Assembly (NCBI RefSeq): GCF_964194155.1
Contig: NW_027596304.1
Coordinates: 62,001 to 126,000 of the forward strand
Reading direction: 5' to 3'
Origin: Cetorhinus maximus
Taxonomy: Eukaryota
DNA length: 64,000 bases
Shown: one piece after another, positions 60,545-64,000 of the stretch
Layout of the letters: every line of letters starts with the position of its first letter
Numbering within the stretch: position 1 is the stretch's first letter
Notes under the pieces: model-generated
Seen by the model: only the letters and a program-made list of their open reading frames with translations
The model's database searches: none
Told to the model about the DNA's origin: nothing
Position numbers and translations under genes: made by a program

Positions 60545-61312
60545 CCGTCACAAGGGACAGGGTATTTGATAAAGTAATGAGACTAAAAGCAGACAATCTC
60601 CGGGACCTGATGGTCTCCATTCCAGGGTTTAAAAGGAAGTGGCTGCAGAGATGCTGGAGGCTCCCGTCAAAAAATTCCAGAACTCACTGGATTCCAGGAG
60701 GGTCGAAGTGGATTGGATAACTGCTAATGCAATGCCCATGTCCAAGAAGGGGGCGAGACTAAAACCAGGAAATCATAGGCCATTCAGCCCAACATCTGTC
60801 CATGCGAAAATGTTAGAGGCCATTGCTAAGGAAGAAACAGGAAATTTAGCAAAGCTTAACAAAATCAAACAGTCACGTCTACCTCAGATTATTCTGGAAA
60901 GGCAAGGTGACTCAAAAATTTGAGCAACAGGTGAAGCTAGCCATTTGAAGCAGCCACAATGCTGTTGCAGCACGAGTTGTATTTGCCACTAACGGAATTT
61001 TGTGGTCGAGACAAATAGGTGTTCAGTCTATCACACAAATCAGCAATGTGAGATATGAATTTCAGCGACAGTGTGATGCCAGGTATAGGCCATCATCCCA
61101 ATGACTGGTGGATCATATAAGCGACATTGTTTTGTGAAAGTGAAATTATGTTTGAAAAATTTGCAAGTTTTCCTTGAGGGTATAACAAACAGAGTTGATA
61201 AAGGGGAACTGGTACATATGGTGTATTTGGATTTCCAAAAGGCATTGGATAAGGGGCCACATAAAGGGTTAATGCATAAGATAGGAGCTCGCCGTTTTGG
61301 GGGTAATGTATT
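60545..61312 (+). mobile_element. CR1-like LINE internal fragments
   Basis: KKFQNSLDS..V.VDWITAN..P..KKG.R..PGNHRPFS.TS and RVDKGELV..VYLDFQKALDK.PH (CR1 RT). Confidence 0.82.
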
Positions 61313-61989
61313 AGCTCTCTTCTCCTGGCCCCTATCTGCCTCCGCTCGAGGCTTGCTCTAAACCACGATCAGGCGCTCTACACCCTGGCCACGCTCTGTA
61401 CACCCAGGTCCCCGCTTTCTACAACCGCGGTCCCACTCATTCCACCCAGTCCCCTGACCCGCTGCCTCTCCGCGGCCCAGCACTCTCCCACACGTCTGCA
61501 CCGCTCTCTCCAACGCGGCCCCTTTCTCTAACGCCCCGTCCCCACGATCTGTCTACCACCTGACCATGCGCTCACTCTCCCCTCCCCCAAAAGTCCCAGC
61601 CCTGAAACCCCCACCCCTACTCCCACTCCAACCCACTCACCTAGCCCCCCAGCCCCATTTCTGCTCCTGGTCTTGGATCTTATCTTGAAAGCTCACCTTC
61701 GCTCTGTTTGCCTCTCGTCCAATCAAAGGCTTATTTATCCCTGAATGTGCTGCTGATAGGCTCACTGGTGAACAAATGCATAGCGAACAGAGCCAGTGAT
61801 TTGATGAGAAGCTCCAACGCATTGTTCACGACTGAGACACTTGAATGTCCAAGAAGGTTGGCCGGTGGAGCCAAAGGAGTCTAGGGCTGGATTCTGGCCC
61901 GCAGGCATCCAGTTAGACCAGCCTTCTCTAGACTATCCCGATCACAGATCACAGAGATTCCAACTTTTCCAATTTCCACAATTTTTTGA

Positions 61990-63262
61990 GACTTACTTGA
62001 TCGAGTTTTTCGAGGAAGTGGCAAAGATGACAGACGATGGAAGGTCAGTGGATGTTATCTGCATGGATTTCAGTGACACATTTGACAAGGTCCCTCATGG
62101 CAGACTGGTACAGAAGGTAACATCGCACGGTATCAGAGGTGAGCTGACAAGATACATACAGAATTGGCTTGGTCATAGAAGACAGAGGGTAGCAGAGGAA
62201 GGGAGCGTTTATGGATAGAGAGCTGTGACTACTGGTGTGCCGCAGGGATCAGTGCTGGAACTTTTGCTGTTTTTAGAACACTCAAATGAATTGGAGGAAA
62301 ATGTAACTGGGCTAATTGGTAAGTCAGAAGACTTCACTAAGGTTGGAGGATTTTCAAATAGTGAAGATGATTGTCAAAGGATACAACGGGATAGAGATCG
62401 TTTCGGTACTTGGGCGGTGAAAAGACAGATGCAGTTCAATCCGGACAAGTGCGAGGTAATTCATTTTGGAATGTCTAATTCAGATGGGAATTATACAGTA
62501 AATGGCAGAACCCTTAACTGCATCGATGGCCAGAGGGATCTGGATGTACATCTCCACAGGTCACTGAAAGTGGTAACGCAGGTGGATAAGGTAGTCAGGA
62601 AGGCATATGGCATGCTTGCCTTCATCGTCAGGAATATTGAATATAAAAGCTGAGAAGTCATGCAGCAGCTGTAGAGAAAATTGTTTAGGCCACACTTGGA
62701 ATATTGCTTGCAATTTTGGTCGCCACATTACCAGAAGGATATGGAGGCGTTGGTGAGGTTGTAGAGGAGGTTTGCCAGGATGCTGCCTGGTCTGGAGGTA
62801 ATTAGTTATGAGGAGAATTTGGAGAAACTCTGATTGTTCTCACTAGAGGAACGGAGATTGATGGGCAACTTAATAGAAGTTTACAACATTTTGAGTGGCA
62901 TGGAAGAGTAGATAGTCAGAAGTATTTCTTTTTTCCCAGGGTTGAAGAATCAATTACTATGGAACATATATTTAAGGTGAGACGAGAATACTTTATAGGA
63001 TATGAGCGCGTCTAGTTTTTTATGCAGTGAGTCGTGAGTGTCTGGAATTCGCTGCCAGTGGAGGTGATTGAAGCAGTTATGATAGTGATGTTTAAGAGGC
63101 AGCTTGACAAATACATGAATAGGATGCAAATAGAGGGAAACGGACACCGGAAGTGCAAAATGTTATAGTTCGACAGGCAATATGATCGGCGGTGGCTTGG
63201 AGTGCCAAAGAACATTTTGCTGTGCTGTACTTTTCATTGTTCTTTGTTCTTTGTTCTTTGTC
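61990..63262 (+). mobile_element. CR1-like LINE, 3' ~1.27 kb with microsatellite tail
   Basis: LIEFFEEV...VDVICMDFS..FDKVPHGRL, TTGVPQGSVL, QMQFNPDKCEVIHFG, ending in (ttgttct)n at ~63237-63260. Confidence 0.9.
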
Positions 63263-63705
63263 CTGTGCCCGGTATACACTGGCACATTAATAAATCACAG
63301 GAAGAGCAAGGGTAAAAACATTGGTTGTTAATCAGTGTAAATCACTCTTATTTATACAAATAGTCTGATATTTATTGTAAACATCATGGTTACATATCTA
63401 CATTGCTTCTATTTAGATGTAGTTTTATTATAACTCTAATTTTTAAAGATGTGCACAGTTGTGTTTGTTTATACTTCCCCATAACATTTAAATATGTTTC
63501 CATTCAGATCCGATGTTTAACTTGATATTTCATAATTTCAGCATTTTAATCTGTAACCATATTATACACTTTGCCTAATTTATTATTAAAAATATGTTAA
63601 TAGCGATCATCCAATTTATTTATCAATTCGGTATTAGTTTATTCACTGTTTAATGTATAGTTTAGAGGTGAAACAGACAAAACATAAACTGATTCAGAAT
63701 CTAAT

Positions 63706-64000
63706 TTCACCTGGGGACTGAGATAGCGAAGGGTATCTCTCACTGGCCGTCGAGTACCCCTCACCATCTGTACTCAGTGTTCACCTGGGGACTGAGATAG
63801 CCCAGGATATTCCTCACTGACCATCGAGTATCCCTCACCATCTGTACTCAGTGTTCACCTGGGATCTGAGATAGCCCAGGATATCCCTCACTGACCATCT
63901 AGTGCCCATCACCATCTGTACTCAGTTTTCACCTGGGGACTGAGATAGCCCAGGATATCTCCCACTGACCATCGATTGTCTCTACCCATCTGTACTCTGT
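63706..64000. repeat. 74-bp tandem repeat (4 copies, runs off the window end)
   Basis: ttcacctggggactgagatagc... starts at 63706, 63780, 63854 and 63928. Confidence 0.92.

Overview
Eukaryotic, repeat-rich genomic DNA, most likely from a cartilaginous fish (shark), inferred from the CR1/L2/Penelope/RTE repeat content and the receptor family present. The first 24 kb hold a cluster of four GPR139-like class A GPCR genes. Two look intact and have two exons: join(5940..5676,3914..3016) on the minus strand, 387 aa, and join(17501..17567,19353..20263) on the plus strand, 325 aa. Two are pseudogenes (7595..8497 minus, 22921..23500 plus). Between them lie LINE fragments, a solo LTR nested in a LINE, a Penelope element and a fold-back 37-bp satellite. 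The 24-36 kb region has 33-bp minisatellite arrays, an RTE fragment and a diverged ~5-kb tandem duplication. At 38.8 kb there is an isolated signal-peptide-like exon (MAILLLILGCL), followed by ~21 kb of pyrimidine-rich simple sequence (a CT-rich tract, then a 21-bp minisatellite with higher-order structure), CR1 fragments and a 74-bp tandem repeat. Most ORFs in the supplied track are repeat artefacts. The most interesting signal is the GPR139-like cluster, which shows birth-and-death evolution, conserved intracellular and variable extracellular faces, and a coding minisatellite at one N-terminus. It is a candidate lineage-expanded sensory receptor family. Family assignments are from recalled motifs, not database searches, and repeat boundaries are approximate.
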